A stretch of DNA of 64,000 nucleotides from an uncultured Trueperaceae bacterium (GTDB lineage Bacteria > Deinococcota > Deinococci > Deinococcales > Trueperaceae): positions 128,001 through 192,000 of the forward strand of contig CAWCXJ010000012.1 of the NCBI GenBank assembly GCA_963799485.1. The letters are read 5' to 3'. Positions 21,623 to 29,907 of this stretch are shown here, one piece after another. Made by a program: the position numbers and the translations under genes. Below the pieces are notes generated by a model. It was not told the origin of the DNA and ran no database searches. It saw nothing but the letters and a program-made list of their open reading frames with translations. Position 1 is the stretch's first letter. Each line of letters begins with the position of its first letter.

Positions 21623-22708
21623 TTGTCGAGCCTGACCATCCCCCCCGCGAGCATCCTAGACGACCTCCGCAGCCGCACGCCCGCCGGTATGCTGAGCCGC
21701 CAGGAAAAAGACCGGCTGATCGAACGCGGCTTTTTGGGTCTTTACCGCTGGTACACCGCCCGCAGCCAGGAGACGCGCAACTGGAACCCGGACAAATCGT
21801 TCGCCTGGCGCAACCTGCGCAAAGACTTCTCCGAACCGCTGATGCAGATTTTGCAGGGCTTCTTTGCCGTCGAGTACTACACCCCCGACTACGTCGACGA
21901 AATCCTGAACCTGGTACGCCGCTCTCACGGGCGCAGCCACTTCCAGCTCCGCTGGGGTTCCGAAGAAGAAAAACACGCCGACACCTGGGAGAACTCGCTT
22001 TTGTTCTCGCAGCAGCGCACGCCCGGCTTTATCGAGTCGTATAAAGAAGACCTGCGCGCCAGCGTCCACCGCAGTTTATGGGAAGGCGACGCGCTGCGTA
22101 ACCTCGTCTACACGGTGTTTCAAGAACGCGCCACCCAGCTCAACTACCTCAACCTGCTCAAGATCGCCAACGGCAAGTCGGACAAACCGCAGCACCAGAA
22201 CGACGCCGACCCGGTGCTAGCGCGTGTGGCCCAGACGATTGCCACCGACGAAGCCGCGCACTACAACTTCTTTCTAGAAGGCGTCAGACTTTTCTTGTAC
22301 TACTACCCGCAGCGCACTTTAGAGGCCATCCAAGACGTGATCACGCACTTTACGATGCCGGCGAACAACATCGTGCCGGATTGGGACAAGTTCAACTACG
22401 CGGTCTACAAAGCCGGGATTTACGGCCCCCGTGAATACGCCCGCGACGTGGTGCAGGTGGTGTTTCGCAACCTGGGGATCGAGAGCCGGAAAAAGCTCGA
22501 GGAGGGCATCAAAAAAGGCCGCATCGTCCCGAGCAAAGCAGACGACGGCACGCAGCTGACCGCCATCTGGGACTCGTTCGATTACGGGCTGGTCGAGGGC
22601 GACGTGCAGCGGATTTACGGCAAGATTACCAGGCACGAGCGTGACTTCGGGCGTTATGAGCTTGACCCCACCGACTTTGTACCAAATCCCGAGTGGCCGG
22701 GGAAGTAA
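21623..22708 (+). CDS. Soluble di-iron acyl-ACP desaturase family protein
   Basis: WGSEEEKH, VFQERAT and DEAAH di-iron motifs; HFTMP; AAGGAG SD before the TTG start. Confidence 0.82.
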   Translation: MSSLTIPPASILDDLRSRTPAGMLSRQEKDRLIERGFLGLYRWYTARSQETRNWNPDKSFAWRNLRKDFSEPLMQILQGFFAVEYYTPDYVDEILNLVRRSHGRSHFQLRWGSEEEKHADTWENSLLFSQQRTPGFIESYKEDLRASVHRSLWEGDALRNLVYTVFQERATQLNYLNLLKIANGKSDKPQHQNDADPVLARVAQTIATDEAAHYNFFLEGVRLFLYYYPQRTLEAIQDVITHFTMPANNIVPDWDKFNYAVYKAGIYGPREYARDVVQVVFRNLGIESRKKLEEGIKKGRIVPSKADDGTQLTAIWDSFDYGLVEGDVQRIYGKITRHERDFGRYELDPTDFVPNPEWPGK

Positions 22709-22740
22709 CGCCTCCAAAGGCCTGCGTGTCAGATTACAGT

Positions 22741-22781
22741 AAAAAGGCCTGAACGTAGAGGGGGGGTAGTACGTTCAGGCC
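22741..22781 (-). terminator. Strong intrinsic terminator on the minus strand, C-rich loop
   Basis: 12-bp perfect stem GGCCTGAACGTA/TACGTTCAGGCC, loop CTACCCCCCCTC and TTTTT tail on the minus strand. Confidence 0.7.
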
Positions 22782-22878
22782 GCAAAACGTTCACGAAACC
22801 GTGGTACTTGCTCCCCCAGCAACCGTTTTTCGCAACTCTGCCCGTCGCCCCTGCGGTTGTTGGGCGCATCCCGGTTTC
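22741..22878 (-). ncRNA. Candidate structured sRNA of about 140 nt
   Basis: Bounded by the operator/promoter at 22885-22952 and the terminator; closing stem GAAACCG/CGGTTTC; hairpin TTGCT-GGGGG-AGCAA; no credible ORF. Confidence 0.45.
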
Positions 22879-22884
22879 ACCCAT

Positions 22885-22952
22885 CATTAAACAAAACGGT
22901 GTCGGGCTGGAACAGAGGTGGCTGTCAAATATATAAGGGGTTTTTACCCCGG
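22885..22952 (-). promoter_or_regulatory. Palindromic operator CCGGGGT-aaaa-ACCCCTT (minus strand) plus TG and AT-rich -10-like element
   Basis: Motif 22935-22952; TG at 22893-92, then tTTAATG (weakest -10 of the four). Confidence 0.55.
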
Positions 22953-23039
22953 TTTTCTACCTTTACCGGAACCGGCACATGGAGCCTGGTCGGGCCGGTT
23001 CGCTTCACCGTTTTACGGCGGGTGAACGCAAGCAACCTT

Positions 23040-23390
23040 TTACCCGACCCTCTCAGCCGAGCAAAAACACATACGCCGCAACATCAGCAGATGGGCGTGC
23101 AGCACCTCTAACGCCGTCACGCTGAGGATGTTGGTTTCGTAGCAGGTGGCGAGGGTCTCGAGGTTCTCTCTTACCAGACCGTAGGCCCTACTGCTCGCGT
23201 GGTCGCGGTAGCCGGGTAGACGTGCGTAAAGTTCATCAATCGTTCTCTGAATCTCCTCGTGGTAGCCGCGCGCCGAGGTAAACTCCCAAGGCCGTTCAAA
23301 GTGCCCCTCGAGGCTGGGTTCTGGAAAACTGTCTGTAAGGCAATCTGTGTTACGCACCGCCACCTCCACGCCTGTAATAGCCTGTTGCAC
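23040..23390 (-). CDS. Hypothetical protein
   Basis: 116-aa ORF 10 nt downstream of the DUF2382-like gene; no recognised motif; start uncertain. Confidence 0.35.
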   Translation of the reverse strand: MQQAITGVEVAVRNTDCLTDSFPEPSLEGHFERPWEFTSARGYHEEIQRTIDELYARLPGYRDHASSRAYGLVRENLETLATCYETNILSVTALEVLHAHLLMLRRMCFCSAERVG

Positions 23391-23400
23391 CGAAGGGCAC

Positions 23401-23708
23401 TTAAAAGGTACTCCCCAAGTCGGTTTTGTCTTTATCCGCAGTTTCGGTTCGTTCGACCGCTATTTTTTCACGCCTGAACGTGACCTGCGGTGCGTCCGTA
23501 TGTTCCGAGCGCTGCGTCGTCACCCGCACCTCTGCGACGAGCATCAGCTGTTTGCCGACGACCGGCACCGCTTCGTAACGGAACACAATCACCGTGTCGC
23601 TCTCATAACGCTTTACGGCGTCTCTGCTAAAGCCGCTGCTGGTCAGCTCGCCAACCACCTGTCGGACGTAGCGAGACTGCCAAAAACACCGATTACACTG
23701 TTCATCAT
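23401..23708 (-). pseudogene. Short YsnF/AvaK (DUF2382)-like stress protein, frameshifted at ~23660
   Basis: AAGGAG SD plus MMNSVIGVFGSLATSD, then a shift into VVGELTSSGFSRD...PVVGKQLMLVAEVRV...VTFRREKIAVER (DUF2382-like). The shift may be an assembly error. Confidence 0.55.
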
Positions 23709-23825
23709 GGTTTTCTCCTTTGCGCTAATTACAGCTGCTTCAACCGCAAATTTGAAGAGGTTCTTACCCCTGCTCGCTAGGTGTTTGAACCCTACGGCTT
23801 GCGCTTTACGGCCTGAACCGGCTAC

Positions 23826-23863
23826 TTTGAACCCGGTACTTTTGAACCCGGTACTTTTGAACC
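23826..23863. repeat. 15-bp tandem repeat (TTTGAACCCGGTACT x2.5)
   Basis: Seen directly. Confidence 0.8.
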
Positions 23864-24402
23864 ATCATCCACTCGAGGTCACCGGCGCGAAGTTCTAGTG
23901 AGCTGATGGTCGCCTTCCGGGGTTTGTTTGCCGCGTCAGCGCCACATTACGGCAAAAACCGATGCGTTTATTCCCGGCTATGCGCGCTGGACTGGAAGCT
24001 CATACAGAAAACTCACACAGACGGTTGTGCTTCTCCGAGTTTCGCACCCGTCAACCCGGCAATGACCGTTTGAGGGTTTGCAAGCTTGGCCTGTAAACAT
24101 GCATAAATACCAGAAGTCGGTGTTTTAAGCCTAGTACTCCCACCCAGATACATCTGTTGTGTGCCGCTTGCGTCTGCTAGATTGCAACTGAAGCGTCGTG
24201 CTCGGCACACCGCAGCTCAACACACCGCAAAAGCAACTTCATAGAACACGACAAACAAGCACGACAAGCCGCGTAGCCGGATCGGCTTTTTAGAAAAGCA
24301 CCGGATTTTGGGCTCGAGCGTCCTTCAGGCGCACATAACATTCAGGCGCACATAAGCTGTCGGCAACACGAGCAGGAGCCAAAGTTAGGAGTCGGGGTAG
24401 TT

Positions 24403-25096
24403 ATGACGGATTGGCACGGCACACAAGCTGAACTCGGGGCGGTTCTTGACTGCTATTACCGACGGGCTTTTCGTGCTCGATAGCGACTGGCGTTTTACTT
24501 TCCTAAACGCACCGGCGGAGCAGTGGTGGCGCGCGCACGAGGAAAAACCGGGCCAAGCAAACCTCGCCGGCGCAAATGCCTGGGAGACATTCCCGGAAAC
24601 CGTCGGTAGCGACCTCTACGAAGCTTGCCACCACGCGTCCCGGGCACAGACCCCCGGCAAGCTCGAGCTTTACGCCGCGTCCCGCAAGCAGTGGCTTATG
24701 CTGCGCCTTTATCCGTTCCCTGACGGGCTTTGTGTTTATTTTGTGGACGTAAGTGACTACAAGCAGCTAGAACACGAGCTGCTCGGGGCACTTCAAGAGA
24801 TAGCTAGCGAAACCCTGTGGTTTAACCATTCACTCACCGATAAGCTGGCGCAAACTGCCGCCAAGACGCGCAGGGCCGCCGCAAAAGCCGCCGCGCCGCC
24901 GCTGACCCGGCGCGAAAAGCAGGTTTTAGAACATATCGCCAGAGGGCACGATGACCGCTACATCGCCGCCGCTCTGGGCCTTGTCGAGCAGACTGTGCGT
25001 AACTACATCACGCGTCTTTACGCAAAACTGGGGGTTCATTCACGCGCTGAAGCCGTCGTCTGGGCGCGTGAACGCGGGCTTGGCAGAACCGAATAG
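24403..25096 (+). CDS. PAS + LuxR/NarL-type HTH regulator (one extra base at ~24447 separates the ATG from the main ORF)
   Basis: AITDGLFVLDSDWRFTFLN PAS; the HTH is very similar to that of 17277..18554 (LTRREKQVLEHIARG...EQTVRNYITRLYAKLGVHSRAEAVVWARERG). Confidence 0.8.
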
Positions 25097-25226
25097 AGCA
25101 GCGAACCCTGTACAGGCGAATTACAGACTGCACCTCTACGTTCCCGACCACAATTTTTCGGTAAATATGTTTGACAAATAGTTGACAGCGCGCGCGAGTA
25201 GCCGGTGACGCACCCGTAATCCCTAT

Positions 25227-25294
25227 TAGGGGTAGCTACCCCTACGTAACCGGTCTTTACTTCTCTGGTGTGCCCTTTTAGAAATTGCTAACTT
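25227..25294 (+). promoter_or_regulatory. Perfect palindromic operator TAGGGGT-agct-ACCCCTA plus extended -10 (TG-c-TAACTT)
   Basis: Motif 25227-25244; TG at 25286-87; hexamer 25289-94. Confidence 0.65.
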
Positions 25295-25312
25295 TGAAAG
25301 GCACGTTAACGG

Positions 25313-25490
25313 CTCGAGCTCGCTTTTTGTCTGAGAGTTACATGGGGTGGGAGTGGCTAAAATTAGATGTTTTGTAAGACGCAGCAAGGTTCAAAGCTTT
25401 GGGGCTTGCTAAGTTTCAAGGGTACAAGGTGACTCGAGTCTACCTTTTGTCTGGGGGTTACAGGGGGTAACTGAGGCTGGATGTTTTGTA
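25313..25490 (+). repeat. Degenerate direct repeat, 120-bp period, with conserved predicted hairpin; candidate ncRNA
   Basis: CTCGAG..TTTTGTCTG..GTTACA-G-rich..GATGTTTTGTA at 25313-25376 and 25433-25490. Confidence 0.65.
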
Positions 25491-25705
25491 GGGAGCCGTA
25501 CAGGTCTAAACGGTTAGGTAACCAAAAGGAGAAATGTGCAGGCCGGTGAACACGCCTCGAGCTTTCAGTGGACAGCCGTCGGCGCGAGCAGCGGTACCGA
25601 CTACGAAAACTCGGGTTCGGAACCGACGACGGTCATCACGCAGTAATAGCGACAGCAACAACGACAGTAAGGCAACCGTAAAGCGCTAAACGAACTACCA
25701 AAACC

Positions 25706-25733
25706 GCTGGGCAGGTGAGCTCACCTGCCCAGC
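25706..25733. repeat. Perfect 28-bp palindrome
   Basis: GCTGGGCAGGTGAGCTCACCTGCCCAGC equals its own reverse complement. Confidence 0.9.
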
Positions 25734-25768
25734 CGCAATCCCCACCTTTTCCAGCAAAGGAGCAGCAC

Positions 25769-26338
25769 ATGAATATCCGTAACGGGTGGCGCACCGCCGT
25801 CACCGACACTACCGGTAACACCTCACGACGTTTTCCTCGAGCCTTACGCAGTTATCTACTCGCCTTCGGCGCGCTTCTCCTTTTGACGACGGCCTGCAAC
25901 AACCCGGCGCAAACCCAGGACCCGACGCTCAACGAAGAACTGACGGCGCTTCAGGCCCAGGTCGGCGACTTCGAGTCGCAAGTGACCGAACAGACCCAGG
26001 CGCTGCAAGACGCACGTGCGCGTGTCAACGAATTAGAGGCCCGGCTCGCCGAACAGCAGCAGCAGGTCGCAGAGGCCGAAACGGTGGTGCAGGAGCGTGA
26101 CCAGTTCAGGCAACAACTTGCGGCGCGGCAGACTGCCTTGCAGAGAGCGCAGGCGCGGATTCGGAACCTGGAACAGCGGCGCGAGCTGACGCTCGAGGAG
26201 CGCTTAGCGTCGATCAACCAGCGGATCGATATTCTTCAGCAGGAGCGCGCCCAGCTCAATGGTCAGGCCGGGGGTCAGGCCGGGCCGGGAACGCAAGCTC
26301 CGGCAACGAACGAGGTTGGGGCCGACTCCACCCCGTAA
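25769..26338 (+). CDS. Coiled-coil lipoprotein, hypothetical
   Basis: AAGGAG SD; LLLLTTAC lipobox; Gln/Glu/Arg heptad-rich body. Confidence 0.65.
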   Translation: MNIRNGWRTAVTDTTGNTSRRFPRALRSYLLAFGALLLLTTACNNPAQTQDPTLNEELTALQAQVGDFESQVTEQTQALQDARARVNELEARLAEQQQQVAEAETVVQERDQFRQQLAARQTALQRAQARIRNLEQRRELTLEERLASINQRIDILQQERAQLNGQAGGQAGPGTQAPATNEVGADSTP

Positions 26339-26452
26339 AGCTTATTGATTGAGCGCGCGGCGCACTTCGCCGCGCTTCAACCAACATTTTTTACGCGGCG
26401 CTTGTCAAACAACCGTTACAGGATATGGGCTACCCAGAGGAGAGCCTAGAAA

Positions 26453-26608
26453 ATGTCAACGACAACAGCAAACCCAAAAGGCTCGAGCACCGCTACCGGA
26501 CTGTCTGATGCTGTGAGTACAGGTCGTCAGGTCGCGGCTGAACTCGTCAACCGTGGCTTTGACTGGGGCGTGGTGACGCTCGGGCGCGAAGTGTTTACTG
26601 CGCTGTGA
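26453..26608 (+). CDS. Small hypothetical protein (51 aa)
   Basis: GAGGAG SD; MSTTTANPKGSSTATGLSDAVSTGRQVAAELVNRGFDWGVVTLGREVFTAL; below the ORF-track cutoff. Confidence 0.35.
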   Translation: MSTTTANPKGSSTATGLSDAVSTGRQVAAELVNRGFDWGVVTLGREVFTAL

Positions 26609-27629
26609 CAGGCCGAACGTTACGCACGAGCAGCACCGCGTCGTTAAAGTCGTTGAGCCGGTTCGACTCGTCGGTAGCGAGGACAAACCCGCCGTCCCCC
26701 AGCGGATAGGCCCGGACGTGATGCGGCGAGGTATCGAAGGTATTGCGCGCGTCTTCGGTATAGACGGTGCGCTGCTCGAAAAAGCGGGTCGTCGGCCACA
26801 CGGAATAAAAACCGAAAGGCTCAGCGGGCGGCGTAAAGCTCACGACCCCCGCTGCAACCTCTGTGGCTACGGGCGTAATGACGGGCTCGAGCCTTTGACC
26901 GTTAAGCGTCGGGAAGATGGGAAGGCTTAAAAGCGGTTGCAACGATTCGGCGTTACTCGCGCCGTAAAAACCAAACTCGAATACCGGCGCGACGTCCGGA
27001 ACGGCGAACGTGGCGAGCACCTGAACCGTAACCGGCTGTGCGGGGTCGGCGCGGACGAATGTTTGCGCGGAAACCTCGTCGCCCAGGGGATAATTTGCCG
27101 GTTCATCGACCAGCGGAGAGGTTGCGGGGTCTTGGTCGCCGGTTTGCAAGCCGAAACCGTAGGTGTCGAAAATCCACTGCAGGGAAGGCTCGAGGGTCCC
27201 GTTCTGGCCCTGAACGTGGAGGCCGCCCAAAGCGACCTGCACCGTGTTACTACCGGCTGCGTTACCACCGGCTGCGTTACTGCCCGCAAGGTTGAGCAAA
27301 GCTTGTTGGGGGCCGAGATTACCTGCAACCGGCGTAAACGTCACGGTAAGCTCTCGGCTCTGACCGGCGCTGAGGCTAAAAGTTGACGTGCCTTGGAGCG
27401 CAAACTGCGCCGCATCTTCACCGGTCACGGTAGCTGAAACCTTGAGCACACCCGTCCCGGTATTTGTTACTTCTACGGTACGCGCGTCGTTTGAGATGTC
27501 GCCACCCGCGTTAAAAACCACTACGTCGCGGCTTGGCGTCAAACCTCCGGTTACAGTACCTCCCGGCACGCCACAACTCGCTAAAACTACGCCCAGCACG
27601 AGCGTTAAAGGTAAAGCTGGATATTTCAA
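26595..27629 (-). CDS. Lipoprotein with Ig-like (ASH/choice-of-anchor D-like) domain
   Basis: LASC lipobox; VTNTGTGVL...LSAGQSRELTVTFTP; C-terminal NDFNDAVLLVRNV. Confidence 0.65.
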   Translation of the reverse strand: MKYPALPLTLVLGVVLASCGVPGGTVTGGLTPSRDVVVFNAGGDISNDARTVEVTNTGTGVLKVSATVTGEDAAQFALQGTSTFSLSAGQSRELTVTFTPVAGNLGPQQALLNLAGSNAAGGNAAGSNTVQVALGGLHVQGQNGTLEPSLQWIFDTYGFGLQTGDQDPATSPLVDEPANYPLGDEVSAQTFVRADPAQPVTVQVLATFAVPDVAPVFEFGFYGASNAESLQPLLSLPIFPTLNGQRLEPVITPVATEVAAGVVSFTPPAEPFGFYSVWPTTRFFEQRTVYTEDARNTFDTSPHHVRAYPLGDGGFVLATDESNRLNDFNDAVLLVRNVRPVTAQ

Positions 27630-27804
27630 GGTAACCCACCCCTTTCAGAAGGCGACCTTAGCACAAGCGGATGAGGGTGCCGCTGGGCAAATGCACCTGC
27701 ACGTTGGCGAGTAGGTTGGCGCGGGCCGACCGTAAGCTGTAGCGGCGACGGCTCCGAAACCCCTAGCTCACGCTTCTCCCGAAAAACACTTTAGAATATC
27801 TTTT

Positions 27805-28014
27805 ATGAGGCGTTATGCGTTACTACGACCTACCGAACTCGCACAGCTCGCAGAGCTCAGCGAACGGCACGAAGAGCTGATGCGGCGGCTCGAGACCGGC
27901 GAACCCGACCCGCTACTAGGGCCCCGCGACGTGCAGCTTGAAATCCGGCAGCTCCGCCAGGAGGCGCTTAAGGTGCTGAAAAGCGTGTCGCAAAATATCG
28001 AACAGCTCCCTTGA
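27805..28014 (+). CDS. Small hypothetical protein, probably leaderless
   Basis: TAGAAT 7 nt before the ATG; helical, charged 69 aa; first gene of a 3-gene run. Confidence 0.55.
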   Translation: MRRYALLRPTELAQLAELSERHEELMRRLETGEPDPLLGPRDVQLEIRQLRQEALKVLKSVSQNIEQLP

Positions 28015-28023
28015 GCCCTTGTT

Positions 28024-28935
28024 ATGAACCCTAGCGCCACCCTGATCCACAACGCGCACGCCGCCGGTCGATTGCGTCTTTCGACCGCGCGCATCATCGA
28101 GCTTTTGGCGGAAGCCGGTTACGACGCCGAGCACATTCCGACCGAGAGTGAAGCCGAACTTGCTAACGTCCTTACGAACCCCGGCGAACTCGTCGTGGCA
28201 GCGGGCGGCGACGGCACGATTCGCGGCGTCGCGCTGGCTTTAGCTGCGTCAGGGTCAGCCGTCCCTTTAGCCCTCGCACCTTTAGGCACCGCTAACAATA
28301 TCGCGCACACGCTGGGGCTGACCGACGTGACCGAAAACTTGTTGCGTGGCCTCGCTACCCCTTACGCGCGCCCCTTCGACCTCGGTCTGATTCGCGCGCC
28401 GTGGGGTCAGGCGCGGTTTCTCGAGGCGTTCGGGGTCGGCTTGTTCGCGCACGGCATGGAGAAATACAACCCAGGCGAGGGCAAAAGCCTCTTTCGGGCG
28501 GCACAAGCGGCGATTGAAACCCTGACGCAGTACGAGGCGCGCGAGTGGCAGCTCGAGCTCGACGGGCGCGACCTCTCGGGCCGTTACCTGCTGCTCGAGG
28601 TGATGAACACCACGTCGATGGGGCTGCGCCTGCGCCTCGCACCTGACGCCGACCCGAGCGACGGTCTGTTCGACGTCGTGCGAGTGCGCGAAGACAAGCG
28701 GATCAGCTTCCAGACGTACTTCCGCAAACTTACGGCGGGTGACTTGGAGACCCTGCCCAACATCGACATCGTTCGGGGGCGGCGGCTCAAGCTTCTTTGG
28801 GACGGGCAGCCCCTGCACTTCGACGAAGAGGTGCGCGGCGACGACCCGGCGCGTGTTCCCGGTGGTGAAATCGACATCGAGCTGCAGCCGGGCGCGCTCA
28901 CGTTGTGGCTGCCCGAGCAGGCTCGAGCCCCGTAA
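28024..28935 (+). CDS. Diacylglycerol kinase-family lipid kinase
   Basis: AAGGDGT, PLGTANN and DGLFDV motifs. Confidence 0.88.
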   Translation: MNPSATLIHNAHAAGRLRLSTARIIELLAEAGYDAEHIPTESEAELANVLTNPGELVVAAGGDGTIRGVALALAASGSAVPLALAPLGTANNIAHTLGLTDVTENLLRGLATPYARPFDLGLIRAPWGQARFLEAFGVGLFAHGMEKYNPGEGKSLFRAAQAAIETLTQYEAREWQLELDGRDLSGRYLLLEVMNTTSMGLRLRLAPDADPSDGLFDVVRVREDKRISFQTYFRKLTAGDLETLPNIDIVRGRRLKLLWDGQPLHFDEEVRGDDPARVPGGEIDIELQPGALTLWLPEQARAP

Positions 28936-28951
28936 ACGTACACTTAACTTT

Positions 28952-29653
28952 ATGAAAATCGACCTCCACCTCCACACCGAAGCTTCGTTCGATTGCGTGG
29001 TGCCGCTGCCGCAACTTTTACTGCAGGTCGGGCGCGCGGGTATCGATGTTCAGGCCGTGACCGACCACAACGAAATCTGGGGCGCAGAAAAGCTTAGGGC
29101 GTTGGCCGCTGCGCGCCGTAAAACCCACCCTGAAACGCCGCAGATTATCGTCGGCGAAGAGGTCAGTACCCGCGAGGGCGAAATTATCGGGCTCTTTTTA
29201 ACCGAGCGAATTCCCCGTGACCTGAGCCCCGAGGAAACAGTCGCCCGTATCCGGGCGCAGGGCGGGCTGGTGCTCTTGCCGCACGGCTTCGACCCGCTGA
29301 AAAAGAAACGGCTCAAACCCGAGGCTTTGGCGCGTATTGCCGGTGACGTCGATATCGTCGAGAGTTTTAACGCGCGTATCTCGAGGCCGCGCTGGAACCG
29401 CGCCGGGGCTGTGTGGGCGGACGCGCGCGGCCTCCCGAAAAGCGGCGGCTCGGACGCGCACACCCTCGCCGACGTAGGCGACGCCTGGACTGAAACGCCG
29501 CAACGCGACGTGAGCACGCCGGAGGGACTGCTCGAGGCGGTGCGCGCAGGTGAGGTGGCGGGCCGCTGGACGCATCCGCTTCTAGCGTTTGGCTACAAGC
29601 TGTGGGATTCGGGCTTTGCCATTTCAAAGCGTTACGTTTCCGGCAGACGTTAG
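28952..29653 (+). CDS. PHP-domain phosphoesterase
   Basis: DLHLHT, VTDHN, GEEV and GGSDAH motifs; start at MKIDLH. Confidence 0.88.
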   Translation: MKIDLHLHTEASFDCVVPLPQLLLQVGRAGIDVQAVTDHNEIWGAEKLRALAAARRKTHPETPQIIVGEEVSTREGEIIGLFLTERIPRDLSPEETVARIRAQGGLVLLPHGFDPLKKKRLKPEALARIAGDVDIVESFNARISRPRWNRAGAVWADARGLPKSGGSDAHTLADVGDAWTETPQRDVSTPEGLLEAVRAGEVAGRWTHPLLAFGYKLWDSGFAISKRYVSGRR

Positions 29654-29907
29654 GTTTAGGCTCCGCGTCCCCGAGTTTCGCGTCTAAAGCGCCGTAAAAG
29701 GCGCGCTCAGGTTGTATTACGGTATTTGGTCGATCACTGTAACCGTTGTGAAAACCCCAACTCGCACACGCGGCGTTCGCAACCTCTCGTATTACTTCCC
29801 ATGTTACCGCCTATATCCTGTCCTGGACGACGCTTTTTCATATGTAGCTTTCATATGTGGCGTAGCCGGGTCGCTAGTCCCTGCGCTATACTCGCTCAAG
29901 GAGGGTT

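Noticed and set aside
23826..23863. CRISPR-like repeats (also the short repeats at 20330-20360, 24324-24355 and ~17216-17246)
   Set aside because: Tandem units of 11-17 bp with no unique spacers and no cas genes; simple local duplications.
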